Notes: a model not told the origin generated them from the sequence alone. Positions 18,860 to 29,536 are shown, counted from the stretch's first letter. The stretch: DNA of 64,000 nt from an uncultured delta proteobacterium (GCA_963845145.1 CAWJQU010000006.1:39386-103385); one strand, 5' to 3'. A program made the numbers and translations.

Positions 18860-19469
18860 ATGATGGAAACACCTTTTCCGAAATCTACATCCTTTGCTAA
18901 AAAATATAATCGCCTTCTGGAAACGGTGAACCCTTCAGATACCCTGGGTATTCTGATCAATGCGGATCCCGACAGCATGGCCAGCGCCATGGCGTTGAAA
19001 CGAATTTTTTGGAAGAAAGCCCGACGTATTTTGATTTATCGGATCAACACTATTAAGAGGGCGGATAATCTTGCTTTTGTTAAATTCCAGTCCGTTGACC
19101 AGAAACACATCCGCTACAAGAACCGCACGGTTATAAAAAAATGGGCCTTGGTTGATTCCCAGCCCCACCACCATAAGTTATTAATGGACCACCCATATAG
19201 TATCATCATCGATCATCTTTTATGGCCGATGCAGGTAAAACAGCTCGTAAGATTTTTTGACACTTGAACGGCTCTGCCGGGGGGCACCGAAGTGCGGCCA
19301 GGGCTGAAATCCCATTGGCAAACATATTGAATGATCCTGAAGACGTATCCGACCTTGGTGCCTTAGTAAAAAATATTTTAAAGGACTTGAAGTAAATAAT
19401 AAAGATTTCATGATATGCCTTGATTCAATAGTGCTCGTATCAGATTTTGAAGAAAGGAGACGGTTATGA
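18860..19469 (+). pseudogene. DHH/DHHA1 phosphoesterase remnant with a large internal deletion
   Basis: N-part ADPDSMASA...LVDSQPHH...IIIDH is joined out of frame at ~19220 to the C-terminal DAGKTARKIF*..GSAGGHRSAARAEIPL. Confidence 0.8.
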
Positions 19470-19870
19470 AAATTATCGCACCCACCGCTGGCTTTATACC
19501 TCGTAAGAGGACCGTAGGCTATGTTATCAATATTGCCAAAAGACTGAATGCACAGTTGGTTGTTTTGCGAGTCCTCACCGAGAACGAGACAGAGGCGGCG
19601 GGAGAAAAAAGCTTGAGTCTGTTTATTGAAACCGGCAAGAAGGAGCAAGTGGCGGTAAGTGGTATTGTAAAGCGAGGGGATATTGCCTCGGCTGTTATTG
19701 AGGTGGCCGAAGAAAAGACTGTTGACCTGATTGTTCTGGGTCTCAGCCATGGAGAAATCATAGCTGAATGGATGAATGCAAAAGCGATGGAAAAAACGGA
19801 TATTCCTGTTCTTTTAATCCCCAAATGGGTGCCGGCTGCAGACAGATTATCGCTGAATGGTTGCGTGTGA
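19466..19870 (+). CDS. Universal stress protein
   Basis: GDIASAVIEVAEEKTVDLIVLG...TDIPVLLIP; AAGGAG RBS. Confidence 0.85.
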   Translation: MKIIAPTAGFIPRKRTVGYVINIAKRLNAQLVVLRVLTENETEAAGEKSLSLFIETGKKEQVAVSGIVKRGDIASAVIEVAEEKTVDLIVLGLSHGEIIAEWMNAKAMEKTDIPVLLIPKWVPAADRLSLNGCV

Positions 19871-20037
19871 TTGGGAGCTGAAGCTGGAGGAGACGATAAC
19901 CATCTATTGCAAGGTTGATCGGTGAAGGAATGACCAGCCGGATATGACATTGTTTGCTGAGATAAATTATACTTGAGGTGAAAAAGCCGGTAGTGCGATT
20001 GATTTTCAATTGTGAGTTAGCGAAAGGACCGAAGACG

Positions 20038-20961
20038 ATGAACAGCGTCAAGAATAATCCAAAACTCCCGCGATCAGATAAAGAATTGGCCCGGTTGGTT
20101 GTCAACGTCGCGAAGGCAGCACGCGTTGATGGTATCATTTGTGTCACTCAAACCGGGGTGTTGGCTCAACATCTTTATCAGCTCTCAGGCGACTTCCCGG
20201 TCATCGCCGCGACAACGAATAGAAAAACGTATGATGCCCTGATAAAGGCAGGCTTAGAGGTATTGCACCTTCCGCTGCACACTGTTAGCAAATACAATCA
20301 GATCCGTCACGCCATCTCCATCGTGCTTCAGTCATCCATTATTCCAATCGGAGATCTCGTTGTCTGCGCAATCGGTCGTGATGTTTACCAGGAAGAGGGG
20401 AGTCTTGTTGTTCTGACCGAGATGGAATCGAATATTGAAAAGCTTGCTGTCTCCGATCTTATTAAACTCACTGATGGCATTCAGCCTACTGTTCTCGAGG
20501 TTGCTGTCACGGTTGCTTGTAAAATTAGCCGTGTTGCGAGGCGCGGGAATCGTGTCGGCGCCATATTTATGCTTGGCGATTCTATAAGCGTCCTTAAAGG
20601 AAGCAAACAACTTGTTCCAAATCCTTTTCATGGCCACGGCAAGGCCGATCGTATGCTGACAGATCCCAACATCCACGACGCCTTGGTTGAATTATCAAAA
20701 CTCGATGGCGCCTTTGTTCTTCGTGGCGATGGTTTTATCCAAGCCGCCGGAGTTTTTTTAACTTCTCCTTCGATTGAAACAAAACTGGTTTCCGGGCTCG
20801 GGGCAAGACATGCTGCTGCTGCCGCAACCACGATGCGCACCAATGCGACAGCGGTCGTTGTCTCAGCCACTGATGGTCAGGTACGATTGTTTTCAGGAGG
20901 CAGCTTGGTTCTCCAAATAGATCCCGAGATTGCACACAGGCACATCAGTATGAATGAATAA
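20038..20961 (+). CDS. DacZ-like diadenylate cyclase (pyruvate-kinase-C-like N-domain plus DisA_N/DAC domain)
   Basis: ELSKLDGAFVL and GLGARHAAAA DAC motifs, VVVSATDGQVRLF; N-terminal GIICVTQTG segment; no TM helices. Confidence 0.8.
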   Translation: MNSVKNNPKLPRSDKELARLVVNVAKAARVDGIICVTQTGVLAQHLYQLSGDFPVIAATTNRKTYDALIKAGLEVLHLPLHTVSKYNQIRHAISIVLQSSIIPIGDLVVCAIGRDVYQEEGSLVVLTEMESNIEKLAVSDLIKLTDGIQPTVLEVAVTVACKISRVARRGNRVGAIFMLGDSISVLKGSKQLVPNPFHGHGKADRMLTDPNIHDALVELSKLDGAFVLRGDGFIQAAGVFLTSPSIETKLVSGLGARHAAAAATTMRTNATAVVVSATDGQVRLFSGGSLVLQIDPEIAHRHISMNE

Positions 20962-20973
20962 GGTTGTATATGA

Positions 20974-21355
20974 TTAAATCACTGTGACAAAGCTCCGGCA
21001 CTCCTGTAGCAAATGGCTGGTCTCCTTTCTTAACGCAGCCGTGGCCGCATCCGTAACTTCCGTAGGTGTCTGATTGATATAGACGGTAAGAATAGTTCTG
21101 TAGTCTGGATAAATTCTTGTGAGCAATCGCGACAGAAGCCCGAGGAAAGGGAAAAAAATGACTACACCCAGAATGTTAAAAAGTGTATGAAAAAGGGCCA
21201 GCCCCATCAAACTGTCGGTACGTATATCCACTGGTGGCAATGATTCATGCCGTCAGGGGCGTACCGATATTGGACCCCATGATAACACCGTTGGCGTTTT
21301 GCACGCTCATCACTCCGGCGTCGACAAACGCCAGCACCATGAGCGAGAGTGCCGA
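20974..21355 (-). pseudogene. Na/Pi cotransporter family remnant
   Basis: SLMVLAFVDAG...GSNIGTPLTA* (stop) is joined to LALFHTLFNILGV; most of the gene is missing. Confidence 0.7.
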
Positions 21356-21357
21356 TT

Positions 21358-22392
21358 TTAGATAATTTCATCGAGTTCTGTCCCGGCTGAAAAATCGCTC
21401 AGTTCCAACTCTTCCAGTCTTTTCTGCATGGTGCCAGACTCTTCCACGGACGCAATGTTGAATAACGCTTCCCCCCGATGCACCAACGGTAAATTTGATT
21501 GACCAATCACAATGCCGGCTACTGGTGAAATAATCTTTTCCTGAGTTTCTCCAAAAGGATCACCGATGAACCCCATCACCTGGTCTTCCGAGACTTTGGT
21601 ACCGAGCGAGATAACCGAATGGTGGATTCCACTGGTTGGAGCACGAACCCACCTAGTCGTTTGTACAACGAATGGCTTAATCGGAATTTTTTTTTGCGTC
21701 CTACCGTGAAGAATCCCTATCTCCCGCATTACTGCAATGATTCCTCTGAGGCCTACTGTAATAGCCGTTTCGCTAAAACGTAACGCTTCACCACCTTCAT
21801 AAAGAAGCATGGGGATTCCCATTTCCGCAACGGCACCTCGCATGGAACCATCGCGAACACGGGCATCGATCACTACCGGTGCACCGAAAGATTCGGCCAT
21901 TCGCATATTTTCAGGGTTGCTTAAATCAGCCCGGATTTGGGGCAGGTTAGCACGGTGATTTGAACCAGTATGAAAATCAATACCGTGTGTGCAGTTCTTC
22001 ACAATTTCGACCATATAGAGGTTCGCCAGCCTGGAGGCCAGGGAACCCTTTTCAGAGCCGGGAAAACATCGATTGAGGTCACGACGATCGGGCAGGTACC
22101 GTGATAGGTTTATGAATCCGTACACATTTACCGTCGGAATCGCGATCAGGGTACCTCTTAGGTTCTGTAAAAGCTTCAATTTCAGAAGGCGGCGGATAAT
22201 TTCAATGCCGTTGATCTCATCTCCGTGGACGGCGGCGCTCACGAAAATACACGGCCCGGGTTTTCTTCCATGAATGACGTGTACGGGCATCGTCATTTCG
22301 GTTCGTGTGTAGAGGCGTGCAATGGGCAGATCAATGGTGAGCCGCTGGCCCGGTTTGATCTCCGTTTCACCAATCCAAATAGATTCTCGCAT
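21358..22392 (-). CDS. Succinylglutamate desuccinylase / aspartoacylase family peptidase
   Basis: AAVHGDEING, DLNRCFPG, IDFHTG, YEGGE; C-terminal biotinyl-like domain. Confidence 0.92.
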   Translation of the reverse strand: MRESIWIGETEIKPGQRLTIDLPIARLYTRTEMTMPVHVIHGRKPGPCIFVSAAVHGDEINGIEIIRRLLKLKLLQNLRGTLIAIPTVNVYGFINLSRYLPDRRDLNRCFPGSEKGSLASRLANLYMVEIVKNCTHGIDFHTGSNHRANLPQIRADLSNPENMRMAESFGAPVVIDARVRDGSMRGAVAEMGIPMLLYEGGEALRFSETAITVGLRGIIAVMREIGILHGRTQKKIPIKPFVVQTTRWVRAPTSGIHHSVISLGTKVSEDQVMGFIGDPFGETQEKIISPVAGIVIGQSNLPLVHRGEALFNIASVEESGTMQKRLEELELSDFSAGTELDEII

Positions 22393-22397
22393 TTGCT

Positions 22398-23306
22398 TTA
22401 TCCCTCGCCACGGGTCCTAATCTTTCGGGAACTGGCGTTCTTTTGAGTGAATTCTATGATCATACCTGCAACGTCTTTTCCTGTAGCGCGTTCTATTCCC
22501 TGTAATCCCGGCGATGAGTTAACTTCCATAACCTGGGGACCTTCATTAGAGCGGATCAAATCCACCCCGGAGACGTTCAACCCAACAACTTTTGCGGCCT
22601 TGACTGCAATCGCACGCTCCTCTTTTGTTATTTTTACTTCGACCGCGTTCCCGCCCCGGTGGATATTGGAACGGAATTCACCCTCTTTCGCAGTCCGCAT
22701 CATTGCCGCTACAACCTTATTACCAATAACAAAGCACCTGATATCACTTCCCGCTGCTTCAGCGACAAAATCCTGAACCAGGAAGAGAGCCTTTAGCCCT
22801 CTGAAAGCTTCGATCGTGCTTTCAGCAGCCTTGTTCGTCTCCGCCAGAATAACTCCCCTGCCATGTGTACCTTCGAGAAGTTTAATTACGAGCGGAGCGC
22901 CGCCAACGAGATGAATAAGGTCACTCGTAAACTTTGTTGAATGGGCAAATCCGGTAATCGGCAACCCAACGCCCTTGCGGGCAAGCAGCTGTAAACTTCG
23001 AAGTTTATCGCGTGAGCGACTGATGGCTACCGATTCATTGAGGCTGTAGACCCCCATCATTTCAAATTGCCGTACCACGGCAGTTCCATAAAACGTGATC
23101 GAAACGCCAATACGTGGGATAACGGCATCAAAGCCCTGTAGTGATTTTCCCATGAAATGGACACTGGGATGTGAGGAGGTGATGTTCATGTAACAACGCG
23201 CATGATCTATCACCTGCACTTCGTGACCCCTTTCCTTGGCCGCTTCAACCAAGCGCCGCGTAGAATACAATGTTTCTTTTCTGGATAAAATTCCGATTTT
23301 CATCAC
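22398..23306 (-). CDS. rimK: Alpha-L-glutamate ligase RimK
   Basis: [40 protein letters not shown]. Confidence 0.95.
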   Translation of the reverse strand: MMKIGILSRKETLYSTRRLVEAAKERGHEVQVIDHARCYMNITSSHPSVHFMGKSLQGFDAVIPRIGVSITFYGTAVVRQFEMMGVYSLNESVAISRSRDKLRSLQLLARKGVGLPITGFAHSTKFTSDLIHLVGGAPLVIKLLEGTHGRGVILAETNKAAESTIEAFRGLKALFLVQDFVAEAAGSDIRCFVIGNKVVAAMMRTAKEGEFRSNIHRGGNAVEVKITKEERAIAVKAAKVVGLNVSGVDLIRSNEGPQVMEVNSSPGLQGIERATGKDVAGMIIEFTQKNASSRKIRTRGEG

Positions 23307-23788
23307 ATCTTCCTTTTTTTTATATCCTTTAGAAATGTACGTAATATTGAACGGCCGGTGAGGTAAGAGGCTTCGGGATCAACGGTAATACGGCTTTTCA
23401 TGGCGGTACGTCCCAGCAACATACGAAACCGCATGTAAGCTCTATTAGTAAGCGAGATCTCAATGTCCCACTCATGAGAGCCAAGCTTTAATGGAACCGA
23501 AATGAAATAGCGCAGTTCTCGATTGCCCCCGGTATCCGTTACGTATCGCTGGTCTATTACACTTGCCGTGCAAAATATCTCAATGTCGTCACGTTTTTGG
23601 AGGGGATGTATGCCGAAACGGACTTTGGGTTTTTCTCCCGACTCGAATGGTTCAATTCCAAAAGCATGAAGTGACGAACTTCGGGCACCAGTGTCAAGTT
23701 TGGCCTTGATTGCTGATATGCCAAGCGTCGGAAGAGAGACCCATTCACGCCACCCAGCATTGATTTTACTTTTTGGTTCTTTGAGCAA
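23303..23788 (-). CDS. RimB-like retropepsin-fold protease (annotated family: ATP-dependent Zn protease)
   Basis: [28 protein letters not shown]; immediately upstream of rimK. Confidence 0.88.
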   Translation of the reverse strand: MLKEPKSKINAGWREWVSLPTLGISAIKAKLDTGARSSSLHAFGIEPFESGEKPKVRFGIHPLQKRDDIEIFCTASVIDQRYVTDTGGNRELRYFISVPLKLGSHEWDIEISLTNRAYMRFRMLLGRTAMKSRITVDPEASYLTGRSILRTFLKDIKKRKM

Positions 23789-24069
23789 CCCTGGTCACCG
23801 CTTTTCATGGATGTTATTTGATACAAAGAATTGCGACATTTAATAATGAATAGAAATTGTATATATCTTCATTTTATTTATCTTACAAGCTGATCTATGG
23901 GGCAACTCGAATGCCGCCTGGCCGCTACACTATTTATCATCTCCATTTTATCTGGCTACTTTTTCCAAAATTGACCAGCCCCTATTCAGGTATCCGTATT
24001 TAAAGTTAGAGTCATGAAAAAAATCAGGATAAAGAAATGATGGCGCATCAAATAAGGCCACCAGCCATT

Positions 24070-26541
24070 TTACCAGCGAATAGTCAGTTCATATTCGTCG
24101 CACGCTTCGGACTTATTTACAATGAATCCCAATTTCTTGCCAAGGCTGACCATACCCCGGTTTTCCTGAAGCACAAACCCCTTGATCGTTTTAAACCCAC
24201 TGGACTTGGCGATATCAAGACATTTTTTTAGGAGAAGGGCCCCAATGCCTTTCCCGTGCCAAGGATCTCCAACGAGAACGGCAAATTCCCCGGATTTTCC
24301 GTCCGCATCACCCATAATCCGGGCCACACCGAACATTCTCTCTTTTTGTTCATCGGCACCGAGGGCCACAAGGGCGATATCGCGATCATAGTCAATTTGG
24401 GTAAACCGGGCCAGCATGGTTGGGCTGAGTCGTTTCATGGGGCTGAAAAAACGGTAGTAGATACTGGTGGGGGAGAGGTTATCAAACAGCTCGCGAAACA
24501 AGGGGGCATCTTCCGGCCTGACAGGTCGAATGAAAATGGGAAGGCCCTCTTTGACGGTTGTTTTGGATTCATATTCAACCGGGTAGGGGCTGATGACAAG
24601 ATGGTGGGAGGACGAGGTGTCTGACCGGTTTATTCGAATTTCGGCACTAAGTACGATTATCCGTTCATTCGCTATCCCCAGAGGATTAATGTCCACTGCA
24701 GCAAGATCGGGAAAATCGATCATCAATTGTGAGAGCGAAATGATGGAAGCCTCTAGCTGTTCTAGCGTGGTTGGTGAATCGTGGTTGTCTCTATCCAAAA
24801 GAGGTATTACTTTTGCTTCTTCTATCATCCGGAGAGCCAATAAGCGGTTCATGGGAAGCAATCCGACACCCAATAATTTTATAACCGGCGTGTAGGCGCC
24901 TCCTATACCGAGGTAAATGATCGGCCCGAAAAGCGTGTCACACGTCGCCCCCAAATGAAGTGTGACATCCGGTTGAAACCGAGACGCATCATCAATATCG
25001 TCGACTGATGCACCTTTTACACAAAACCCGTAGGCTTCCAGAACCGCTGTTGATGCAGAATCGGTTAGCCGGCCGCCATCCAGCCCATCCGGCGCCCGGG
25101 ATATCCATTTCCCCGCCTTATCGTGATCGACCGTTACTTCCCGGGACAGTTTCGGCGGCACTTGACGCAAGGTTTCGAGGTTGCGGGTGTAGACTGCCAT
25201 ATGTGAGTAGGCCCTGACGGCTCGCTCCGGGGTCTCGTAGGTCGGCAGACCGGCTTGATTTAACTGCTCCATGGCAGCAGCCACTCTGTTTCCCCCCATC
25301 AGACAGGCGATAATCGGTTTTTTATGTGATTTTGCCGTTGCGATCAGCTTCTCGGCATAAGCACAGTGGTTGATTTCGGTAAAAGGCGCCAGGATTGCTA
25401 AAACAGCGTCGGTTTCTCCGGCATTCAGCAGGATTTCCAATATCTCCTGAAATTGATTGGGGGAAGTATTGTGGCCGATATTGAGATAAGATTTTATATA
25501 TTCGCCCTCGCATCCCATATCTCGAAGCCTTGCCAGCGTATCAGGTATTAACGCGGCCGGTGTACCTTCGCGATTTTGGAGGGCATCGGCAGCGATAAGC
25601 CCTGGCCCTTTACCCGTGCATGCTATGGCGAGTCGTGATCCGGTTAAACGTGGCCGTTTAGCGGCTAGTTCCGCGCAATCAAACAGTGCTTCTATTGTTT
25701 CCACACGAATGATGCCGGCCCGTTTAAATGCGGCTGTGTATATGGCGTCTTCGCCAATGGGTAGGTCACATTTGTCAGCCGCGTCATCACGCTGTATATT
25801 TCCATATCTGCCGGTTTTCAGTACAAGAATGGGTTTAATTCGGGATACCGCTCGGGCGGCGCTCATGAATTTGCGAACATGGGTCACATTTTCCATGTAT
25901 AAGAGGATACTTTTCGTATGGTAGTCATTGCCCAGGTAGTCCAGCATATCTCCGAAGTCGATATCCAGCATACTACCGATATCGATAAAATGGCTAAATC
26001 CGAAAGACTCGCGTAAGGCCAGGTCCAAAACAGCCATAGAAACCGCGCCGCTTTGGGAAACAAAGGCCATATCCCCTTTGCCTGGCATATCCGGACCCAA
26101 ACCGGCATTTAAATGGTAATCCGGCCGAATGAATCCAAAACAGGCGGGGCCAAGAAGCCTCAAACCACCATCGTATGCCAACTGTTGAATCGTTTCCTTT
26201 AGTTGTTCGTATCTTTCTTTTTTTATATTGCCCTTGTCGGATACTATGATGGCGCTACCGGTGTTGCGTTCAACACAGGCGGAAATGATTTCAGGGGTGG
26301 TCTCAATCGGCGCGGCGATGATAGCAAGGTCGATATCGGTTTCAAGATCGTAAACCGACTTGAACGCCTTTTTACCTAATACCGCAGGAAGACTCGGGTG
26401 AAGCGGATATACTTCACCCTCAAACCGGGATTTGATTAAATTGACCAAAATCGTATGACCAGGGGTGCCTGGAGATTCATCAGCACCAACCAAAATAATA
26501 TTCTTCGGTTTAAAAAGTCGGTCTAAATTGTATTGTCCCAC
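24070..26541 (-). CDS. Pat-type protein lysine acetyltransferase (acyl-CoA synthetase-like plus GNAT)
   Basis: CoA-binding N-domain (SQSGAV, RKFMSAARA), C-terminal GNAT (IRPVRPED, RFTQIDYDR, WHGKGIG). Confidence 0.9.
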   Translation of the reverse strand: MGQYNLDRLFKPKNIILVGADESPGTPGHTILVNLIKSRFEGEVYPLHPSLPAVLGKKAFKSVYDLETDIDLAIIAAPIETTPEIISACVERNTGSAIIVSDKGNIKKERYEQLKETIQQLAYDGGLRLLGPACFGFIRPDYHLNAGLGPDMPGKGDMAFVSQSGAVSMAVLDLALRESFGFSHFIDIGSMLDIDFGDMLDYLGNDYHTKSILLYMENVTHVRKFMSAARAVSRIKPILVLKTGRYGNIQRDDAADKCDLPIGEDAIYTAAFKRAGIIRVETIEALFDCAELAAKRPRLTGSRLAIACTGKGPGLIAADALQNREGTPAALIPDTLARLRDMGCEGEYIKSYLNIGHNTSPNQFQEILEILLNAGETDAVLAILAPFTEINHCAYAEKLIATAKSHKKPIIACLMGGNRVAAAMEQLNQAGLPTYETPERAVRAYSHMAVYTRNLETLRQVPPKLSREVTVDHDKAGKWISRAPDGLDGGRLTDSASTAVLEAYGFCVKGASVDDIDDASRFQPDVTLHLGATCDTLFGPIIYLGIGGAYTPVIKLLGVGLLPMNRLLALRMIEEAKVIPLLDRDNHDSPTTLEQLEASIISLSQLMIDFPDLAAVDINPLGIANERIIVLSAEIRINRSDTSSSHHLVISPYPVEYESKTTVKEGLPIFIRPVRPEDAPLFRELFDNLSPTSIYYRFFSPMKRLSPTMLARFTQIDYDRDIALVALGADEQKERMFGVARIMGDADGKSGEFAVLVGDPWHGKGIGALLLKKCLDIAKSSGFKTIKGFVLQENRGMVSLGKKLGFIVNKSEACDEYELTIRW

Positions 26542-26671
26542 ATTTACTCCTGGGTAGATTTCATTCTACTGTAATTATCAAGGGTCGAAATTATGGCCGA
26601 AAAGGGCTTTTTAGTCCAACCTCCACCGGGGAAAGGGTGATCAAACGTAATTATACCGGATACTCTTATCT

Positions 26672-27133
26672 CTATGATTTTTCTTTGCGAATACTCAACA
26701 GGGGGATCGGGCAACGTCGAAACATCTTTTGTGCGCATGATCCAATGATGGCTCCCACCAAATTTGACCGCCCCTTTGTCCCCATCACCAGTAGATCCGG
26801 TTTTTTCTCGGCTATTTCCTGTAAAAGGCCCTCATAGGGAACCTCGATGCGGACGCTTGTTTCTATGTCAAGTTTTTGCGTGTTGATCTTTGCGGCAATC
26901 GCTTCCAGACTCTCTTCACGTTCCTCAATATTTTCTTTCACATATTTTTCAACGGTAAATTCGCCGACCCGTGTCGCGACGACATTCATCATGTCAATAT
27001 CTCTTTGATTGAAGATATTGGTCAGCAATAACGTCGCCGATACATCATCTGCCAGTTTGGCCGCATATTGAGCTGCGGCTACCGAATCGTCTGAAAAATC
27101 AATCCCCACCATGATTTTGTTAATCGTTTTCAT
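26672..27133 (-). CDS. Universal stress protein
   Basis: KIMVGIDFS, DLLVMGTKGRS, IIGSCAQKMFRRCPIPLL. Confidence 0.92.
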   Translation of the reverse strand: MKTINKIMVGIDFSDDSVAAAQYAAKLADDVSATLLLTNIFNQRDIDMMNVVATRVGEFTVEKYVKENIEEREESLEAIAAKINTQKLDIETSVRIEVPYEGLLQEIAEKKPDLLVMGTKGRSNLVGAIIGSCAQKMFRRCPIPLLSIRKEKS

Positions 27134-27214
27134 CGTATTCTCCTTTTTTAGCCAAAGTTTAGGTTTCAGCGCCATTTTGCTCTTTGAAATGCTGAATAAC
27201 TTTAATAAACGCCA

Positions 27215-28174
27215 TTACACGAACAAAATTAGGAAAGAGATATAACCGGTATAAAATAACAGAAATAAAATTCCTTCCCATCGATCCAGAGAGCGTTTTT
27301 TACCGGTAAACATAAAGAAAAACAGCATAAAACTGGCCAGCAAAACCGTTCCGATGTCGACATTATTTTGGGTTTGAAACGGCAGCGGTTTGATGGTGGC
27401 ACTTATTCCAAGCACAAAAAAAATGTTGAAGATGTTTGACCCCACAACATTCCCTATGGCTATTTCCACATTTTTTTTATAGGCCGCAACCGCCGAGGTG
27501 GCCAATTCTGGCAATGATGTTCCCACAGCCACGATGGTTAACCCAACCAAAGATTCGCTCATCCCCAATTTTGTCGCGAGGGCAATGGCCCCGTCAACAA
27601 CCCATTTACCGCCGATCATTAACCCGGCCAACCCTGCTATAACAAACAGCAATGATCGCACCCAGTAGTGCTGCTTGACAGGCAGATGCGCCTCGACACC
27701 TTCAACCCGTGCTGCGATGGAATATGTATAATAAACAAAAATCACAAAAAAGCTGAGAAAAATGAGTCCGTCAATTCTTGCCAATTGAGATACACCAGCA
27801 TTATCTATGATCTGATCGTTGGCCATAAACAGCAGTACAATGGCGGCCAGTAAACTAAACGGGATTTCCTTCCAGACGGTGCCTTTTGTAACCGCAAGCG
27901 GATAAATAACCGAGGAAACACCAAGGATGAGGAAAATGTTAGCAATGTTGCTTCCCAACACATTGCCGATGGCAATGTCGGTTTTGCCGTTAAGACTGGC
28001 AACGATATTTACAAATAATTCAGGGGTCGATGTCCCAAAAGCAACCACTGTTAGCCCAATAACCAGGTCGGATATATTCAGACTTCTGGCAATGGACGCA
28101 GCACCTTCAACCAGCAATTGCGCGCCTTTAATTAAAAGGATGAAACCAATGGCAAAGAATACATAAGTTAGCAT
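27215..28174 (-). CDS. Calcium/sodium antiporter (YrbG/CaCA family)
   Basis: Two alpha-repeats: GTSTPEL/GNVLGSNIAN and GTSLPEL/GNVVGSNIFN. Confidence 0.93.
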   Translation of the reverse strand: MLTYVFFAIGFILLIKGAQLLVEGAASIARSLNISDLVIGLTVVAFGTSTPELFVNIVASLNGKTDIAIGNVLGSNIANIFLILGVSSVIYPLAVTKGTVWKEIPFSLLAAIVLLFMANDQIIDNAGVSQLARIDGLIFLSFFVIFVYYTYSIAARVEGVEAHLPVKQHYWVRSLLFVIAGLAGLMIGGKWVVDGAIALATKLGMSESLVGLTIVAVGTSLPELATSAVAAYKKNVEIAIGNVVGSNIFNIFFVLGISATIKPLPFQTQNNVDIGTVLLASFMLFFFMFTGKKRSLDRWEGILFLLFYTGYISFLILFV

Positions 28175-28222
28175 GGCAAATTAGACCAAAAAAAGGGGGT
28201 TGGTTTAAGAACAATCTTCCGT

Positions 28223-29536
28223 CTAGTCCGGCAGTGGTTCCGAAAGCGTCAATCGAATGCGAATGGCTCGGGAGCCCTTCACTTCCAATACTTCGGCGAT
28301 GGCACCGGGCAGTTCAACCCGATCACCTGGGGCAAGCATTTTGTCGGTACGTTCCATCATGAATCCGGCGATCGTATCCACGTCATGAGCCTCCAGCTTG
28401 AGCTCGAAACGTTGTTTAATCAAATCAATAGTTGTGTTGCCCGAAATGATATATTCCTTTGGTCCCTCCTTTACAATTTCAGGTTGCTCATCGTCAAATT
28501 CATCTTCCACTGGCCCAATGATGGCCTCCAAAATATTTTCAAGGGTAACGATTCCCGGAACTGTTCCATACTCGTCAACCAGAAATGCCAGATGTTGGCG
28601 GGTCGACTGAAACTGAAGTAGTAAACGACGCACCGGCATCGTTTCAGGGACATACTGGGGAGGACGAATGACAGAATTCAGGTCAAAATCGGTATCGGCA
28701 GCGATTCCGATAAGATCCTTAAAATGTACAACACCCAAAATTTTATCCAGCGAGCCATCACAGACCGGATATCGTGTGTGTTTCGTTTCATGAAAGACAT
28801 CAATTACTTTTGAAATAGAGTCGTTGATATCCAGGTAAACCACATCCGCCCGCGGCAGCATGACGAGTCGGCAAATCAGTTCATCAAATTCGAAGACGGC
28901 ATTGAGTAATCGGTGTTCCGACCGACTCAGCTCTCCGGCAAAGTGGGCTTGCATCAGCAAGGCGCGAATTTCTTCTTCGCTGTGCGGTATTTCGTGTTCC
29001 GAAGCGCCTTCGATGCCGACTTTCTTGAGTAAAAAGGCGGTGGTCGCGTTCAGTGCAGCCATGAAAGGATAGGATAGATAATAAAATATTTTCAGTGGCA
29101 GAGCGCACCACAATACAGCCGTTTCCGGCCGTCTAAGAGCCGCAATTTTAGGCGCTTGCTCTCCTAAAACGAGGTGAAAGGCAGTAATTGTTGTAAAGGC
29201 GATGGTAAAAGCAATCCCGTGTATCAGCATCTCAGACGTTATCCCAACCGACAAGATAATGGGCCTCAGCAAATGGGCCACCGCCGGTTCTGCGATCCAG
29301 CCTAAACCCAGCGATGCCATGGTGATTCCCAATTGGCAGGCCGAAAGGGATGCGTCCAGGCGTTCAACCAGCCAACTGGCTGTCATGGCAAATGGGCGTC
29401 TCTCTTTGACCATTTCGTCTATCCGGCCTTCTCGAATTTTCACCAAAGCAAATTCAGCGGCGACAAAAAATCCATTTATCAGCACCAGCAACCCTGCGAA
29501 AAAAATCATTAAGATGTCATACAGTTGGGGTGTCAT
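28223..29536 (-). CDS. CNNM/HlyC-CorC family transporter (DUF21, CBS pair, CorC)
   Basis: NGFFVAAEFALV, CQLGITMASLGLG, GEQAPK, HTRYPV, VDEYG. Confidence 0.93.
   Translation of the reverse strand: MTPQLYDILMIFFAGLLVLINGFFVAAEFALVKIREGRIDEMVKERRPFAMTASWLVERLDASLSACQLGITMASLGLGWIAEPAVAHLLRPIILSVGITSEMLIHGIAFTIAFTTITAFHLVLGEQAPKIAALRRPETAVLWCALPLKIFYYLSYPFMAALNATTAFLLKKVGIEGASEHEIPHSEEEIRALLMQAHFAGELSRSEHRLLNAVFEFDELICRLVMLPRADVVYLDINDSISKVIDVFHETKHTRYPVCDGSLDKILGVVHFKDLIGIAADTDFDLNSVIRPPQYVPETMPVRRLLLQFQSTRQHLAFLVDEYGTVPGIVTLENILEAIIGPVEDEFDDEQPEIVKEGPKEYIISGNTTIDLIKQRFELKLEAHDVDTIAGFMMERTDKMLAPGDRVELPGAIAEVLEVKGSRAIRIRLTLSEPLPD

Noticed and set aside
19262..19365. Possible c-di-AMP (ydaO) riboswitch upstream of the USP-DAC genes
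   Set aside because: The GC-rich stretch translates as the DHHA1 C-terminal motif (SAGGHRSAARAEIPL), so it is coding remnant, and the ydaO consensus is not matched.
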